From positions 10,271,661-10,335,660 of the forward strand of contig CAJINV010000004.1 in the NCBI GenBank assembly GCA_905178155.1: a DNA stretch of 64,000 nt. Reading direction: 5' to 3'. Position numbers and translations under genes: made by a program. The notes below the pieces were generated by a model. That model saw nothing but the letters and a program-made list of their open reading frames with translations, searched no databases and was not told the origin of the DNA. Origin of the DNA: Amoebophrya sp. A120. Taxonomy: Eukaryota > Protista > Dinoflagellata. Shown here piece after piece: positions 60,373 to 64,000 of this stretch (position 1 is the stretch's first letter; every line of letters starts with the position of its first letter).

Positions 60373-63300
60373 CGCCTGCGAGTTGGAGTTCCTATTTGCT
60401 AGTACTCCCGCGAGTAGAAAGTAGTGTGAAGAATCGAAGGGTTGATGTAGAGTTCGTGATTGTACTAGCCCTTATTGGAGAAGCACCTCTCGTTCTTCTC
60501 CCCCGTTTTGTAATATCAACTATGATAGTTACTATCGTTTTCTAGAGTGGAAAATAAATTTCAGTACAGTATTATGTAGCCCGAGAAGTCATCCGGCGAA
60601 ATTAGCCCATAGTTGACCAATCGTCCTAGTCAAGAGTTAGTACAGGTCGTGTTCTGAATTTTTGTGAGATATAATTTTCTTCTATTGTTTAAATTCTCTA
60701 CTTTCTTTATTTCCTTGGGATTATAGTATCTTTCAATGCGTAAAAATAAACGAAACAAGGTGCCATGAATTTGAAATTTCTCTGGCTGAGAGAGGTATTT
60801 TTTGCGGCTGCAAGATAGCTAAAGTAGAGGATCCCCACTTCAGAATCCGTTCATCGATCTGCCCTCCGCCTCCGGTGAAGATGTCTAGTACCGCAGTCGA
60901 CGCGCGTATGGTTCTGCAAACCCCACTGCCAGGCGAGTAGTTCCTGCAAACGGATGTTTTGCTACTGACCGATGCGCTGGTAGCACAGCTTGTCCCCAAG
61001 CATATGATCGTAACTAAACGCGGGCGCCATTATGACTTGTTCGGCACCTGCATCTAAATCAGTAGGTCGTGTGGTCGCTACGATGCTGCACGACGAGATG
61101 ATGATCGAGGCAATTTTCATTGCGAATCGTAGCCACAGGCAGCGCGGTTTCCTCGTTGTCGTCGGTTTTCAAAGCAAAGGGAGCGCGTTCCGAAAAAATA
61201 TCAAATGCAGCCAGTAAAAGTACAGTGTTTTTGAATCATGATGAAACATATTCGAAAAGAAAATGATCCAAGCAGTATACAAATTCAGAGAATTACGAAT
61301 GGGGCAAGGAGGTAGCGTGTGAATTATATGACATCAGCAAAACATCGCCAGGAGCACGCCACACGGAGTGGTAATGCCGCAGCCTATGGAAATGAAAAGT
61401 GTAGACAGCACCAGGGTTGCAAATTCCAATTTGTAGTTTCGTTAATGCTATACATACATGCAACTCTGTCGGATTTTGCTTTATTTTTTACTGGAAACAG
61501 TCCGCCATCCACACAGATAAAACAGTGTCATGTACAAACCTGGACAATCATGTGTAAAAGCATGTCCCGCAAGAGCTGCCTGCGCTTCTTTCGTCCGATA
61601 ACGCTAAGATACTGGCTGGATCCTCGGTGGCATCTGTGGACAGGCCGGCCACTCCGGGGGGTTGGCGCTCCACGACCGTTCTTGCCTTCAAAGAGAAGTC
61701 TTTGATTGGCTCTAGGAAATAAAACCTTTTTATTTGTGGGCTGGTTGTGGTAAATGACGACGCGATAATTCAACTAGTACAGGCATACAGGATAGATGAT
61801 GGTTACAAATACAAATAGGATCATGTCACATCTCCTGCAATAAAAATTCACGCATACATACAAGAAGGTGGCTACGGAAAAATAAATAAACTACATCAAG
61901 AGGCGAAGCACGATGGATTGCTGGGAATAAACCTACATAAATTCAAATTTAAAAATATCGCAGAAAAAAAGCTCAACACGCAGAAACAAGTACGAGTTCA
62001 GTAACCGGAGGTGGTCGTGGTCAGAAAAAGAAGTATAAGAACAGGGTGTCTAAAGAAGCACTTGATGCTTTGATCAGTATTGCCATCTTTAGGGGGTTAG
62101 ATAGATAATTATCAAAGTGTAGTCCCACATTTGTTCTAAAAACACCAAATCAACAGAGCCGCCATAATTTTTTGCGTGTGGTGTTTTTTTCTTGATGTTG
62201 TTGATGCGCAGGGGGACTTTCGAAGATATAATTAGGTGGTTGAGTTTCAATAATGTCCGACAACGATACGTGATAGAAGCAGATTGAAATTACAACAGAA
62301 AAAAACACATCTATGTATCATTTCAATGAGCAGGATTTTTTATGTGCACTTTCGTAAGAGCGAAAGCACACCGGATGAGTAAGACCTTCCCCCTTGCGTC
62401 TACTTGTTCTCACATCACAGGCTGGCCGTGCAGAGGCTGTGCCGGCATTGGTAATGAGTATCCCTCTGTCGTTTCTTTGCCTATCAAGCAACAGTGTCAC
62501 CCCCTTCGCTCTTCATCTTGTCCATCTACGCTCGTGCAGCTGCTGTTCTTCTCGCCTGCTCTAGACTTGACTCGGTTTTGGCACTCACATTAAAAGGCGG
62601 GAAGGACAAGAAGCGACCTGCGCCACCTCCACAACATGCTCTCAATATTGAGCGTTGTCCTCTCGGTACTGCAAGTGGAGGCCGTTGACGTTGCAGCCGA
62701 GTGCGTAAAGGTACGGAAGCAGTGAGGTAAACTCGGCATACTTACGCATGAAGAACAAGCCAAGAAACGCTTTTATCCGCAACAAAGCGGAAGCGCGCTA
62801 CTTCCATCGCCGAGCCACCTTCGCATCGTCTGCCCGCAATGTTGGTATGGCATCGTCAGCGCAGCCCGATCGATCTTTCTTGGTTTTCAGCACGGGGCTT
62901 CTTTTCACGAAGACAAGACTCATCAAAAAATTTTGGGCGGTTCCACCTCCAGCAGCCGTGTACGCACGATAATCGCTAGTGTCATGATGTCATCTCCTCT
63001 GAGAAAAACAAAAAGTACTAAAAGTAGGGGACAAATTCAATAAAACACCGGCACCGGGCTAGTCGATTGATGGAAAGCAATAATATGCAACTTGGAGACA
63101 ACATTTTAGAAAACATCACTAGATATTTTTGTGCCCAAGCACGATTAGGCAATTGCAGTGGTCGTACTAATTCTGGTGACGATTACGGAGTGGTCGTACT
63201 ATTTCTGCTCAGGACTACGTCTCTTGAGCTGACTTGAAGCGTATAGCAAGAGCTGGCAACTGAGGAAAACAAAGTCATTCAATAGCGTAAAGATCGACGA

Positions 63301-63939
63301 TAAGGAGTGTATTGGAAGTAGAGAAATTGAAAACTTACAAGACCACAAGAACAGACTGTAACATCAATCAAGTTGCAACAGGACGAAATAATTACTGTAC
63401 AAATGTAATTAGTTTTTAGAAGTATGCAGAACCGTATACATCGCCAGAGCGATTATAGGTGGCAGATTTCCTTTTCATAATAAAAAACACTGGTCAGGGA
63501 GATCAGTAAGCATTGAGTAAGAACTGAAACTGTGGTAAGGATCCTCCTAGACATAATAAAGCACGCAAAATAAAGCTTCAGGAAAGAAGTGAAAAAATCC
63601 AACGCAAGCAGCACTAGAGAAGCACATCTACTCTGTTCAGAGCAGCTAAAAGACGTGTAAAAAGAAGATTCTATAGTTAGTATTTTGTTTATTCGAAATC
63701 AGCAAAGAGAGCGCAATTAGACTGCAATTTGTTGTGCACGATGAAAACTAGAATCCTCGTGGGTAGGTAAATGCAAAATTTAACTCTAGTGCTGGTGGGA
63801 AGCCTTAGCGTATAACTCCTATTGCTGAGCGGGGGCAGTTAAAATTTTGCGCCGGGAAAGAAAACCGCCCACGTCGCAAGTTTTTTGGCAATTTTGAAAC
63901 TTTCGAAAGCTGTCGCGATTTGCGAAATCGCCCACCGCC

Positions 63940-64000
63940 CAACGGCCAACGGCAACCGGCCAAATCGCAAACGGCCAACGGCCAACGGCCAACGGCCAAC
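63940..64000. repeat. (AACGGCC)n tandem repeat running off the window
   Basis: Directly visible heptamer units. Confidence 0.85.

Overview
Eukaryotic genomic DNA, most likely from an Amoebophrya-like syndinian (early-branching dinoflagellate). This assignment is inferred from gene architecture, not from a marker gene. From 1 to 45 kb all credible genes lie on the + strand: an Mpv17/PMP22 protein, an S9 peptidase, an IAH1-like SGNH esterase, a Ser/Thr kinase, a Cu-type P1B ATPase, SECIS-binding protein 2, a CCCH zinc-finger protein and several hypotheticals. Six of these genes are interrupted by 16 complete 145-616 bp insertions. Each insertion has terminal inverted repeats (TAT...ATA) and a 5-bp direct repeat. 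Removing the insertion plus one repeat copy restores the reading frame, usually through a conserved motif, yet only 2 of 16 can be given GT/GC-AG ends. These are non-canonical introner introns in at least six families. Two families occur in both orientations, and all share a TTGTNATGC motif. A few ordinary GT-AG introns coexist with them. The window also holds a 1.9 kb non-autonomous TIR transposon with internal hairpin arrays and a truncated LTR-retrotransposon fragment between 34-bp direct repeats. A gene-free 45.5-54 kb zone of modular repeats precedes a strand switch to a minus-strand gene. All junctions were deduced by hand, without transcript data.
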